Below, one piece after another: positions 56,401 to 64,000 of a stretch of 64,000 nucleotides of DNA. The translations under genes and the position numbers were made by a program. Positions within the stretch are counted from its first letter, which is position 1. Every line of letters begins with the position of its first letter. Below the pieces are notes generated by a model, which saw nothing but the letters and a program-made list of their open reading frames with translations, made no database searches and was not told the DNA's origin. The stretch lies in IMG/VR virus record IMGVR_UViG_3300036768_001066. One strand, 5' to 3'. This DNA comes from a virus. Its lineage: Duplodnaviria; Heunggongvirae; Uroviricota; Caudoviricetes.

Positions 56401-56921
56401 CCGTGCAGCTCGGTAACGCCAACTCATCCGACGTTGTACAATCATACGGTTCTGTGCAGGCAGTTAAGAGCACGTTCGTTAATCCTGGTCCTACTGCATC
56501 ATCCTTTGTTGGAATATCAACCGGTGGATCTGCCCCAATAGTTGCCACCCAATCCACCGTAGGCGATGCTTTAATCGTAACGTTTACAAAAACTGGTGTC
56601 GGTACGACAACGGTGTCGAGTGGTGTACAATTATTTCATCTTGAGATTGCCGCTGTCGCATACGATAGAACCATTGTGGCGGTCGGTAGTGGTAACAGTA
56701 GCGGTCTTGTTATATGGGAATTAAGATTAAACGGTACCGGTGGAACAATGTATCGTCGCCAACTCAGCGATGTCCATGGTGGCATAGAATTTCTTGTACC
56801 GGCCGGTAATAAAGTCGCGGTCAGGTTGGAATCGACATATCCCGGATATGGTAGTGCATTCACAATGTCTGGTTCAGCTACATTTTCATACTTTTTCAGA
56901 GCATTCAAACACGGATTGTAA
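53430..56921 (+). CDS. tail fibre-like protein with N-terminal collagen-like triple-helix repeats
   Basis: GGPPGIQGIQGIQGVPGSQGIQGFQGDPGVPG (10 consecutive G-X-Y triplets) near the N-terminus, followed by an 1100-aa Gly/Ser/Thr-rich beta-type body. Confidence 0.7.
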   Translation: MATVLNLFRLIPSDDQQLFTDKCNFNFDQILNMGGGPPGIQGIQGIQGVPGSQGIQGFQGDPGVPGTKWYVENTDPISFGPITPAPAEGDYWFDTNTLNIYQYAGSPPSWTLIGNLTVSGVFKDAIGDSDRVIFSSPTPLKSLVLSPINYGVGAPQTGPYKLKLIGSPGSPQQMFGVLESGAENLAAKQSYISVNTIIANTEYSWELVNPTGNIEFSAFGTSLDLIKQTGTGSISRYEFNSNAFKIQLNPTERLMSFYNTPSGLNWHVGGHNALTSSTERLFSINDSGSIGVANAFSNAVAGDATPYDFRYDQLNVQLPVTAGATNMWARWRAKVSGFNTDQLNFRNVRSFFESSGMPWRSSEMRIEHKTDATYNHFIALGGGATSANTTVGVFTFVNPPRPALRFGTGGTANDGYYFAADSGPSGGGGLPRMWMGDPDYIKTATGTLLGGLVGAKLNVQSYNAAAGFGTSGHSNIHLAPGTGAGDYSIHGITAGHPASGSASDGGLIFQGWDSANTRLMSTSLAAGDTLTAGMRNQVSAWSNGETYFWSRSDGNGFFRIRSGAVYAGTQSNPTVTQMWANDITTLSGYNWSTGQKSIVINDSTNYSGFGDGFVGIGDRFSEYITAGPAVLTTGKWYKGPWSGAPVHNGIDYLDFVPFQAANATLTAGTVVEAKPQTKFQVYGAVTIGSRSNILNYASDVGDVSFTVGTNNKAAGLRSVVLGGNGNQSNANDAIMIGWSGSPVVNTTFANTISLVTATHASTAGPASYLATTLFAPGDISFGTPRYRISSSPIIFASTAVPVPQFGVVSEVGDMARVLLLEGRNTGTTFGGGPSPYLTGIPVMLEYAVKNGSGAQRSIGAVMGEYYEVSGTNPTNQRGRISIAVNSGASLYPVANFSASGLQFIGQFFKPKISVAQNGVVGGSGIALSISGGAANTGGGPATGGHVLIDAGPGANTGLNGIVAVGAAGSTYAVNITPSTQVTIGSISSGATVQLGNANSSDVVQSYGSVQAVKSTFVNPGPTASSFVGISTGGSAPIVATQSTVGDALIVTFTKTGVGTTTVSSGVQLFHLEIAAVAYDRTIVAVGSGNSSGLVIWELRLNGTGGTMYRRQLSDVHGGIEFLVPAGNKVAVRLESTYPGYGSAFTMSGSATFSYFFRAFKHGL

Positions 56922-56923
56922 TC

Positions 56924-57229
56924 ATGAACACAATGGAGATAATAGATGCCACGCTGGCATCACACCCGGAGGGTCGCTCGATACTGACGAAGATAAAAGT
57001 CAAGACCGCAGACACGACTTATCACGACTGCGAGTACTTGCGTCGCATAGTATCCGTAAAGTTCGACATAAACAAGTTGGATTCCGAAGGATACACGCTG
57101 CAGGAGGTGCTCGACCAAGCGCAGGGCATCATCTACGAGGAGGCGCACAAGTTCGTCCTCGCAAAGATACAAGCGTACATACGCGAGCAGAACCCGGCGA
57201 CTCCACCGGAGCCCCAACAAAATAACTAA
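56924..57229 (+). CDS. hypothetical protein
   Basis: 101-aa ORF. Confidence 0.45.
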   Translation: MNTMEIIDATLASHPEGRSILTKIKVKTADTTYHDCEYLRRIVSVKFDINKLDSEGYTLQEVLDQAQGIIYEEAHKFVLAKIQAYIREQNPATPPEPQQNN

Positions 57230-57237
57230 TTAAAACG

Positions 57238-57567
57238 ATGAGAGCGGACATAAACAAATTCTCCTGGGCGCAGATGACGTCCAACTCGGACGGCAAAACG
57301 TCCGGATCAGGAACTATGGGCGTATTCACCATGGGCGTGGGCCTTATAGGGTTCCTCGTAGGAGTCACCGACTATTTCATAGACTCCAAGAACGACATCA
57401 TGACGCAGAGCATCGTGGTCATAACCATCGGCGCCGGCTTGCTCGGCTACCGCAAGAGCAAGGACTCTGGAACACCCGCCGATTCAGCTAAGGAGCTGCC
57501 GCAAGGAGATGTCGCCAATCCGGACCAACCGGCGTTGCCAGACGAAACACAACAACTAAACTCGTAA
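57238..57567 (+). CDS. small membrane protein with two TM helices (holin-like candidate)
   Basis: GVFTMGVGLIGFLVGVTDYFI and IVVITIGAGLLGY hydrophobic segments with a charged C-terminal tail, downstream of the fibre genes. Confidence 0.35.
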   Translation: MRADINKFSWAQMTSNSDGKTSGSGTMGVFTMGVGLIGFLVGVTDYFIDSKNDIMTQSIVVITIGAGLLGYRKSKDSGTPADSAKELPQGDVANPDQPALPDETQQLNS

Positions 57568-57569
57568 GC

Positions 57570-57863
57570 ATGAAGTACATTTTATCATTTCTAACTGTTA
57601 TGGTCACGCTTGGGTTCACTCTGCCGACGCCGCAGAAACCTAAGTACGAATACACCATTGGGCTTGCTGGTGTTGACAACATAGGCAGTGCTAAGGAAGC
57701 TACTGAATACATTAGGTACAGGTTCGAGACGTTCCCAATATTCAATGACACTACTGACCTGTTCAAATTTGAGTCGTACGTTCTTGTGGGTGATAGCTCA
57801 TTCAGCGCAGAATCAGCGCAGCATGGTTACACAGTGGATAAGTTCGAAAGGGCAATCAAATGA
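57570..57863 (+). CDS. small secreted protein (signal peptide)
   Basis: MKYILSFLTVMVTLGFTLPTPQ N-terminus. Confidence 0.45.
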   Translation: MKYILSFLTVMVTLGFTLPTPQKPKYEYTIGLAGVDNIGSAKEATEYIRYRFETFPIFNDTTDLFKFESYVLVGDSSFSAESAQHGYTVDKFERAIK

Positions 57864-58810
57864 AGTTTAAGAGAATAATAACGATAATAGGATTCCTGCT
57901 TGCGGTATTAGTATCGTACGGACAGTCGAGCGATTGTCCAGCGTACTGCTTGTTTAACACGAGCACCTTCACTTTCACGCCAAGTAATGCTGGCGTACAA
58001 GAGCTGAACGCTACGAACCGCGGGTGCCTCGGCATAGAGCACCGTTCGGTGTGGCTGCAGGTTAACATACTCACTGGCGGCACAATGGTGTTTCGTATAA
58101 ACCCAAATGTGAACTCGGACGATTTCGATTTCGCTGTGTGGGGTACATCACCAGCTTGCCCTCCGACAACAGCGCCATTGAGGTGTTCTTATGCAGCAGG
58201 AGGCGGTAACACCGGAGTTGGCAATGGCGCGCTCGATTTATCGGAAGACGTGTTCGGCGACAGATGGGTGATGGCCATGACGGTCAATTCCGGGGAGTCG
58301 TACATAATACTTGTGGACAACTTTTCTGCCAACAGTGGATTTAACTTGAACTGGAACTGGGGCGCGTACAACACGACTGCCACGTTCTCGTGCTCGATAC
58401 TGCCGATAGAACTACTATCATTTGAGGGCGTAGCTACCGACACGGGCAATCTACTAAAATGGTCTTGTGCCACCGAGATAAACAACGACAGGTTCGAGAT
58501 CGAGCGCAGCACAGACGGAATAAACTGGACGGTCATAGGAACGGTGAACGGCGCCGGCAACAGTCATACAACTACCAACTACTCCTTCGTGGACAACAAG
58601 TACCAGAGGGGATTCAACTACTACAGGTTCAGGCAAGTCGACTTTAACGGCGTTTTTGACTACTCCGGGATTATTGTGGTCAATAACCCAGCGGCCCCAG
58701 TAAAGGAGATCTTGAAAATAACGGACGTGCTCGGAAGGGAAGTCCAGTTGACAGAGCCCGGCCTGAAGATAATAATATACAAGGACGGCACCACGTCCAA
58801 GCAGTACTAA
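57860..58810 (+). CDS. secreted protein with T9SS type-B (SprB/gliding-motility-associated) C-terminal domain
   Basis: Signal peptide MKFKRIITIIGFLLAVLVSYGQ. C-terminal ...LLSFEGVATDTGNLLKWSCATEINNDRFEIERSTDGINWTVIGTVNGAGNSHTTTNYSFVDNKYQRGFNYYRFRQVDFNGVFDYSGII matches the gliding-motility CTD pattern. Confidence 0.7.
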   Translation: MKFKRIITIIGFLLAVLVSYGQSSDCPAYCLFNTSTFTFTPSNAGVQELNATNRGCLGIEHRSVWLQVNILTGGTMVFRINPNVNSDDFDFAVWGTSPACPPTTAPLRCSYAAGGGNTGVGNGALDLSEDVFGDRWVMAMTVNSGESYIILVDNFSANSGFNLNWNWGAYNTTATFSCSILPIELLSFEGVATDTGNLLKWSCATEINNDRFEIERSTDGINWTVIGTVNGAGNSHTTTNYSFVDNKYQRGFNYYRFRQVDFNGVFDYSGIIVVNNPAAPVKEILKITDVLGREVQLTEPGLKIIIYKDGTTSKQY

Positions 58811-59196
58811 ACTTCGTCTTTTTTGTCGCCTCGTTCATCTGGCGTTTCGTACACCATCTTGAGAGTCCTGCGAGGCAACACGTATTCGAATCCTCCATCG
58901 AATTCTATACCGTTATTACTGTCGTAGTACCCGGTGAAACGAATGTGAACGTCGCCGAATCTGATCACGCGCTCGACGTGCTCTCCTCCACCCTCGTGAC
59001 CGCCGTCGGACGATACAAACTCCATCTTACCGAACATCTTCTCGATCTTCTGTATTATGATGTTGTCCTCATCTTCCGGGTCCTCGTCGATCTCATCGTC
59101 TATCCAGTTCTCGATTACCCACCGGATGTCCTTCTCGCGCTCGTCCGCGAGCGCGTATAGGAAGTCGACTATCTGCTGTCCCAATTCTGTATTCAT
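58807..59196 (-). CDS. acidic hypothetical protein
   Basis: 129-aa minus-strand ORF. Confidence 0.5.
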   Translation of the reverse strand: MNTELGQQIVDFLYALADEREKDIRWVIENWIDDEIDEDPEDEDNIIIQKIEKMFGKMEFVSSDGGHEGGGEHVERVIRFGDVHIRFTGYYDSNNGIEFDGGFEYVLPRRTLKMVYETPDERGDKKDEV

Positions 59197-59198
59197 GC

Positions 59199-59410
59199 TT
59201 CGTCTGTTTTATCACCTCGTTCGGCGGCGGATTAGTTGTGATTATTTTGCGCGGGAACACCTGCTCAAAATCCGAGTCCCACTCTGTGCCCTCCTGGCTG
59301 CAGTAAAATCCAGTGTATCGGATGTACAGGTCGTGCCGGAAAATGTACGTGTACTACGCGCTCGACGTGCTCGCGATCTCCCTCGCCACCACCGGTGGTG
59401 CGTACGTTTG
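59199..59410 (-). pseudogene. degraded tandem duplicate of the C-terminal half of 58807..59196
   Basis: Shares the exact 16-mer cgcgctcgacgtgctc. Shifted frames encode GGGEGDREHVERVVHVH and IRYTGFYCSQEGTEWDSDFEQVFPRKII, parallel to GGGEHVERVIRFGDVHIRFTGYYDSNNGIEFDGGFEYVLPRR of the intact gene. Confidence 0.4.
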
Positions 59411-59453
59411 AAATCAGGGAAGTGTTCCTTTATGGCACGGCTGCCTATAAGTA

Positions 59454-59705
59454 TCATGCTTCAATCTTCTTCTTAATCGTCCTCTCGCATTGGTTCATCG
59501 CATTGTTGATCTTCCACAGCAGGTCGGGTGTGGACATCCCATTGCCGTCGACGAAATTATCCACGGCCGTATTGATGTCGATGTCCAGGTTTTTGTGAGA
59601 GTACATTTGCTTGAAGCGGTGTTGTTCGCCAGGCGTGCACTTGGACAGCATGTCCTTGAGGTCCGACTTCATGAAGTCCCTCAGCCTTTGGTTGATCTGA
59701 TTCAT
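59454..59705 (-). CDS. hypothetical protein
   Basis: 83-aa ORF overlapping the next gene by 4 nt. Confidence 0.45.
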   Translation of the reverse strand: MNQINQRLRDFMKSDLKDMLSKCTPGEQHRFKQMYSHKNLDIDINTAVDNFVDGNGMSTPDLLWKINNAMNQCERTIKKKIEA

Positions 59706-60715
59706 TTTATCCCGTCGTAAAAGTTTATCACGCTCATATTTATGTCGTCCTGCTCCATGGATAGGATGAGGTCCTCGAACGCGTCATTGTGGTCTTTCGT
59801 CAGTTCGCCTTCGATACCGAGCATCTTCTTCTTGTACATGCCGACAAACTGGCCAAGATGTAGGCCCTTCAGTGGCGTCAGCATCATCAGCAAATCGCCG
59901 TTGAACTTCTCTTTGAACCTGGACTCCTTGGCGAGCTCGGCTTCGAGCTCCTTGCGCTGATCCTCTATGGATACCCCGAAATACGCCTCTATCGACGGTA
60001 TGTACTCGTCCCGGGCGTCCCTTGACTTGAATGCGTACCTGTTGTCCGGTTGTGCTATCTCGAGCCAGTTCAAGAAGTAGCTGAACGTCTTGCGCTTCTT
60101 GTCTCGCTTCTTGTTTATGGCGGACAGCTCGCCCTCGTATATGGACCTGTCGAAGTACTGGCTGGACGCCACGAACCGGAACATCTGCTCCATTGTGCTG
60201 AATCCCTCGGACCACGTCTTGTAGCTGCACCCTATGAACCCGAGTATTTTTATCATCTCGGTGGACACGACTATGTTCTTGCGCACAGAGCCCCGTTCGT
60301 CGCGCAACGGATACAGCAGGCCCTCGTGGCCGAACTTCAGCCCGAGCTTGCGGTATATCCTGCCGAGCAGGTTGCCTATGTCGTTGTAGCTGAAGTATGC
60401 GACGGAGGTATCGAAATTTTTAGAGGTGCATATAAGGTCCACCTGGAACCCCTCGAACGTGAATGATATTATGCCGTCGTTCACGAGCATGGACTCCGGG
60501 TTGAACTCCTGTTCGACGAGCGGGATTATGTCCCCGGCATCGGCCTTCACCACGTAGTCGACGTCGCCGAAATCCTTCTTCTTTCGATAATACGGGACCA
60601 TCATCCACATGACTCCGGCCGGTATGAGTATTTTACACAGACGCTGTCCAAGCCTCATAGTCAGCTGTTCGAATTCTTGGGCCTCGAGCCTCTTGTTTGA
60701 TAGTGATCCTCCCAT
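59702..60715 (-). CDS. hypothetical protein with a possible nucleotidyltransferase-fold motif (KKKDFGDVDYVV)
   Basis: 337-aa ORF. The G-x(n)-D-x-D motif is weak and the assignment is tentative. Confidence 0.45.
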   Translation of the reverse strand: MGGSLSNKRLEAQEFEQLTMRLGQRLCKILIPAGVMWMMVPYYRKKKDFGDVDYVVKADAGDIIPLVEQEFNPESMLVNDGIISFTFEGFQVDLICTSKNFDTSVAYFSYNDIGNLLGRIYRKLGLKFGHEGLLYPLRDERGSVRKNIVVSTEMIKILGFIGCSYKTWSEGFSTMEQMFRFVASSQYFDRSIYEGELSAINKKRDKKRKTFSYFLNWLEIAQPDNRYAFKSRDARDEYIPSIEAYFGVSIEDQRKELEAELAKESRFKEKFNGDLLMMLTPLKGLHLGQFVGMYKKKMLGIEGELTKDHNDAFEDLILSMEQDDINMSVINFYDGIK

Positions 60716-60785
60716 TGTTATATCAGTGGCGTGGGCGAAATCATCGCCTCAATTATGTTCTTTAATTGTTTCAAATATATTCATA

Positions 60786-61766
60786 TCAATTCTCTCTTAC
60801 GAGCACAGTGTGTTCCTCGAGTTTCGATAATACGGACGAGTAGAAAGATACCGGGAGCTGATCTGGAGACAATCCGGACACTCCTCCGTCTCCGGTCTCT
60901 ATTATCACGAGCTCGCCATCGTTAAGCATCCCGATGTCTATTGTGTAGAAGTCGCTCGGTATCCTCTTGGCAATATCGAGCAGCCACTGCGGCGGCGCTA
61001 TGTCCAAGCTTCCAACCCCGTGCGTGGGCGAGAAGCTCACGAGCCTGTCGTAAACGAAGAATGCCCGCCACTCCTCTGGCTTGCCGTCGGGGCGCTTGCG
61101 GAAGTCCACGTACTTCTTGAACACGTAGCCCTCGTTGAAGCTATTCCCGCGCTCGGCGCGCATGTTCGAAACAGTCTGCCTCGCTGCCGCTTCGTCCTCC
61201 CAGTCCTGTATGACGGACGCGTTCTCTGTTTCCTTGGCGGATTTAACCCAGTCCTTGACGAACACTTTGCGGTCGAGCGTCAGCCCGCCGTACTTGTTCT
61301 CGAAGTAACTGCGCATCTTCTCGTAGTCGAACTGGTCGCCTGTCTCCTCCTGGATGTACGTGTCGATGGCGTACTCCTTTATGTAGTTGTGTACGAGCGG
61401 GTACATGTGGCACGCCACGTACTGCGTTGGCGAGTTCAGCAACTTCATTCCAAGGTCGTTGCATGCGTCGTAGAAGTACTCGTACTCGGTTGGCGTCATC
61501 ATCCAGCCACGGTATACCCAGTCGACCGACTCTTTACCGGGGTTGCCGTCCTGGAACGACATTGTCATTTCGGCGAGCGCCTCCTTGAACTCTGGTGAAC
61601 CACCGTCGGCTTCCTCGGCCGTGCGAACGGCCTTCTTGAAGACGTCAAAATCGAACAGACGAACCTCGCCCCCGAGTAACTTGACCGCGGCGAATTCGCT
61701 TTGGTAATCCGGGTCGACCTGCTTGTTCTCAAGCGGGTTGCACGGGAATAGGACTTTTAATTTCAT
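60786..61766 (-). CDS. ATP-grasp fold enzyme (second copy)
   Basis: C-terminal ...FYTIDIGMLNDGELVIIETGDGGVSG fits the ATP-grasp core. Confidence 0.5.
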   Translation of the reverse strand: MKLKVLFPCNPLENKQVDPDYQSEFAAVKLLGGEVRLFDFDVFKKAVRTAEEADGGSPEFKEALAEMTMSFQDGNPGKESVDWVYRGWMMTPTEYEYFYDACNDLGMKLLNSPTQYVACHMYPLVHNYIKEYAIDTYIQEETGDQFDYEKMRSYFENKYGGLTLDRKVFVKDWVKSAKETENASVIQDWEDEAAARQTVSNMRAERGNSFNEGYVFKKYVDFRKRPDGKPEEWRAFFVYDRLVSFSPTHGVGSLDIAPPQWLLDIAKRIPSDFYTIDIGMLNDGELVIIETGDGGVSGLSPDQLPVSFYSSVLSKLEEHTVLVREN

Positions 61767-61799
61767 TTTTCTGTTTTTATGTTAGGATGCAACGCGACA

Positions 61800-62153
61800 T
61801 CAGATTCCTTTGGCAAAAAGTGAATTGTCAAATTCGTCAATTGACCGTCGCTCTGTCTTTGCCGCGGAGTTGAAATCCGAGTTGTCGATCTCCTCCATGA
61901 GCTCCTCGTGATCCTCCTTGGTTAGTTCCCCGTTCTTAAGGCTCTCGTCGAGCGTGTTCTTGAAGTTCTGTCTCGTGGCCTCCGAATCGAACCATGTCCT
62001 GGCACCGCCGAACTTGCCCATCAGGTACGACGTGTCGCAGCCGATAAGGAATTCTCTGATGCCCTTGTCCATCGCGCCCCAGTAGTACGTCCAGGTGCCG
62101 TAGTCTGAGTTTATCATTATCTGGCCCTTGCCTTCTCCGAGGTCCTCGAGCAC
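61800..62153 (-). CDS. hypothetical protein (GTG start)
   Basis: 117-aa ORF. An apparent upstream ATG is out of frame. Confidence 0.5.
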   Translation of the reverse strand: MLEDLGEGKGQIMINSDYGTWTYYWGAMDKGIREFLIGCDTSYLMGKFGGARTWFDSEATRQNFKNTLDESLKNGELTKEDHEELMEEIDNSDFNSAAKTERRSIDEFDNSLFAKGI

Positions 62154-62230
62154 GAAATCGCCCCATGTGTGGTTGTCTCTGAGCTTGCAACTTTCGACCT
62201 TGTAAAGTCCATGGGTGCCTATTTTGATAC

Positions 62231-62246
62231 GAATATATAAGAAAAT
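62231..62246 (+). promoter_or_regulatory. gaATATATAAGAAAAt motif instance
   Basis: 10 nt upstream of ATG 62256, in the divergent intergenic region. Confidence 0.4.
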
Positions 62247-62255
62247 AGGCAGAAC

Positions 62256-62552
62256 ATGGATCAGATTAGGAAAAAGTTATCCGCGGACGACCTCGCCGCC
62301 ATAATAGAAAAGTTGACGAACTACAAGGACCTGCACGGCAAGATAATGGACCTGGAGTCGCAGCTGAAGGAGATGCAGGAGAGGAAGGAGATGCTCGTCA
62401 CTGAGCTCGATCTCGCGAGGGCAGACGAGGAAATGATGATGGTCAACATGGCCTTCAAATACGGACCCGGCAAGCTGGACCCGCGCACTTTGGAATGGGT
62501 AGAAGAAACACAAAATAAAGCACAAGACAATGAATACATCGAGCGTATTTAA
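62256..62552 (+). CDS. small coiled-coil protein
   Basis: 98-aa ORF with heptad-like LESQLKEMQERKEMLVTELDLAR. Confidence 0.5.
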   Translation: MDQIRKKLSADDLAAIIEKLTNYKDLHGKIMDLESQLKEMQERKEMLVTELDLARADEEMMMVNMAFKYGPGKLDPRTLEWVEETQNKAQDNEYIERI

Positions 62553-63339
62553 TTGGTTGATGGATTGGGTCCGCAACCCCAACAAAAGACAGTTTTTGAT
62601 GATAGCGGCAATTGTACTGCTCGTCATGTTCTATTTCAGAGGATGTCAGAAACAGGCGCAACTGAAGGACGAGATGAAGAGACAGGAGCTCGTCAACGCG
62701 CAGAACATCAGGGCGCTCAACGACTCCGTTCGCTACATGAAGAACCGCGCCGGTGAACTCGAGGCAGTCAAGAGCTCGTTCGTCACCAAGGTGGAAGACC
62801 TCGAGAAGCTGAACAACGACTTGTACTCCGAGCTCAAGAAGGAGATAGGCACGGTCAAGAGCCTCGTCAAGGCCGGCGTCGGCGTGGACCGCGGAGAGAT
62901 CACAATATCGAATGACCTTGTGAGGTACCCGGACGGCAAGACATACGGACTGACGTTCAAGGACACTTACGCGGACAGCGCGCTCGTGTGGAACCTCAGG
63001 GGCGAGAGCAAGTTTAAGCTCGACAACAACACGATATTCTCGAGCACGACTACCATATTTGAGAACAACATGAAGGTAAAGCTGGTCATGGGATTCAAGG
63101 AGAACAAGGACAACTACGAGGTGTGGGCAAGATCCGGATCACCGCTTGTTAAGTTCAACGACCTCGACGGCGTGATATTGATACCGAAGAAGCCGGACCT
63201 AACGACACCGGTCGCGAAGAAGAAGCGTTTCGGCATCGGACCACAGATTGGGTTCGGCATCGGCAGCGACCTCCGCGGCAACATGAAGATAGGACCATTT
63301 ATTGGGATAGGATTATCTTATGACCCTATACAATTTTAA
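62530..63339 (+). CDS. N-terminally membrane-anchored coiled-coil protein (spanin-like architecture; speculative)
   Basis: TM helix FLMIAAIVLLVMFYF, then a coiled coil, then a Gly-rich C-terminus FGIGPQIGFGIGSD...GPFIGIGLSYD. Confidence 0.45.
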   Translation: MNTSSVFNWLMDWVRNPNKRQFLMIAAIVLLVMFYFRGCQKQAQLKDEMKRQELVNAQNIRALNDSVRYMKNRAGELEAVKSSFVTKVEDLEKLNNDLYSELKKEIGTVKSLVKAGVGVDRGEITISNDLVRYPDGKTYGLTFKDTYADSALVWNLRGESKFKLDNNTIFSSTTTIFENNMKVKLVMGFKENKDNYEVWARSGSPLVKFNDLDGVILIPKKPDLTTPVAKKKRFGIGPQIGFGIGSDLRGNMKIGPFIGIGLSYDPIQF

Positions 63340-63443
63340 AAATAGAAATAGAGGCGGAAAAAATTATTAGGACAGATTCGACATGTTCTGGCAAAATCAA
63401 GCAAGCAGGTGGATTCCTGTGGGAACATAAAATATTATAAAAG

Positions 63444-64000
63444 ATGGCAAACTACACAAGCAAGTTCATTCAGCTGACCGACTTCATCCTCATGGAGTTC
63501 AGGTACACGGACCCCGTGCTACCAGAGAACCTCAGCTATACATTGACGAAGGTAATCAACGGGCACACCGGCGAGAACCAGATCCTGAACCAGGACTCGG
63601 CAACGACCGTCACCAACAACGTGCGCGAGCGCAGCGCGATCAAAATATCGCCCGCAAAGCACGCCGACCTCGACAAGGACCAGGTTCCGGACTGGCTCAG
63701 CTACGACACGCAGCTCGCCGTATCCACGGTGACGGCGGCTAATGTCCCGTACGACACGGTGATATTCCACCTGCTTGCTGGGTACAACTTTGAAGGGCTC
63801 GACGGCGTCATACTCGACGTGAAAGCGAGCGAGCGATCCGGCAAGAAGCTGACAATGATGGAGGTCGTGTTCCTGAAGGACGGCGACTGGTTCGAGTACA
63901 ATCCGAAACCGATATTCCTCGGAGATAGGTTGTACGACAAGTACCTCGTGGTGAAGATACCGAGCGTCAAGCTCAACAACGACATATACTACTCACTTGA
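63444..64000 (+). CDS. hypothetical protein, 3'-truncated by the window end
   Basis: ATG at 63444 with good codon usage and open to the window edge (MANYTSKFIQLTDFILMEFRYTDPVLPENL...). Motif variant aaatattataaaag lies 2-15 nt upstream. Minus-strand track ORFs here are shadows. Confidence 0.5.
   Translation, partial: MANYTSKFIQLTDFILMEFRYTDPVLPENLSYTLTKVINGHTGENQILNQDSATTVTNNVRERSAIKISPAKHADLDKDQVPDWLSYDTQLAVSTVTAANVPYDTVIFHLLAGYNFEGLDGVILDVKASERSGKKLTMMEVVFLKDGDWFEYNPKPIFLGDRLYDKYLVVKIPSVKLNNDIYYSL

Overview
This 64 kb window is densely coded (about 90%), mostly on the plus strand, and looks like a piece of a large tailed phage rather than cellular DNA. The host is probably a Bacteroidota with a type IX secretion system (T9SS), because two ORFs end in T9SS C-terminal sorting domains (one type-A-like, one SprB/gliding type-B-like). 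Virion genes present include a gp25-like and a J-like baseplate protein, a collagen-like (G-X-Y) fibre, and three back-to-back giant ORFs (1162, 1810 and 1163 aa) plus a 1264-aa coiled-coil/transmembrane (TM) protein. Other recognisable genes are a CoaE-like kinase, an NT5C-type deoxyribonucleotidase, a putative endolysin, a Dda/RecD-like helicase, a SprT-like protease, a multi-S1-domain protein, an amidoligase-like enzyme, SmpB, two nucleotidyltransferase-fold proteins, three ATP-grasp/ligase-type enzymes and PhoH. A 1 kb cluster (5182..6190) holds six tRNA genes plus one degenerate tRNA-like element; several of them have non-canonical features. Six rho-independent terminators are visible. 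The most interesting signal is a cassette of at least 10 unrelated enzymes (roughly 21.2-32.2 kb, plus the SprT-like gene at 15.5 kb) that all begin with the same N-terminal leader, M-[KR]-x-[LI]-K-x-[YIF]-x-[LS]-F-E-[SA]-E-N. Members include a 2H phosphoesterase, a HAD phosphatase, a YqiA-like esterase, two PARP/Tpt1-like ADP-ribosyltransferase (ART)-fold proteins and the SprT-like protease, and the cassette is interleaved with baseplate genes. The leader resembles the phage T4 capsid-targeting sequence of packaged and injected internal proteins, so these are candidate virion-delivered effectors, possibly an RNA-end-healing or anti-defence arsenal. A GATATATAAG(A)AAA motif recurs 15-45 nt upstream of about 14 start codons. 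Several pseudogenes or duplicated fragments are also present. All calls are from sequence inspection only; no database searches were run.
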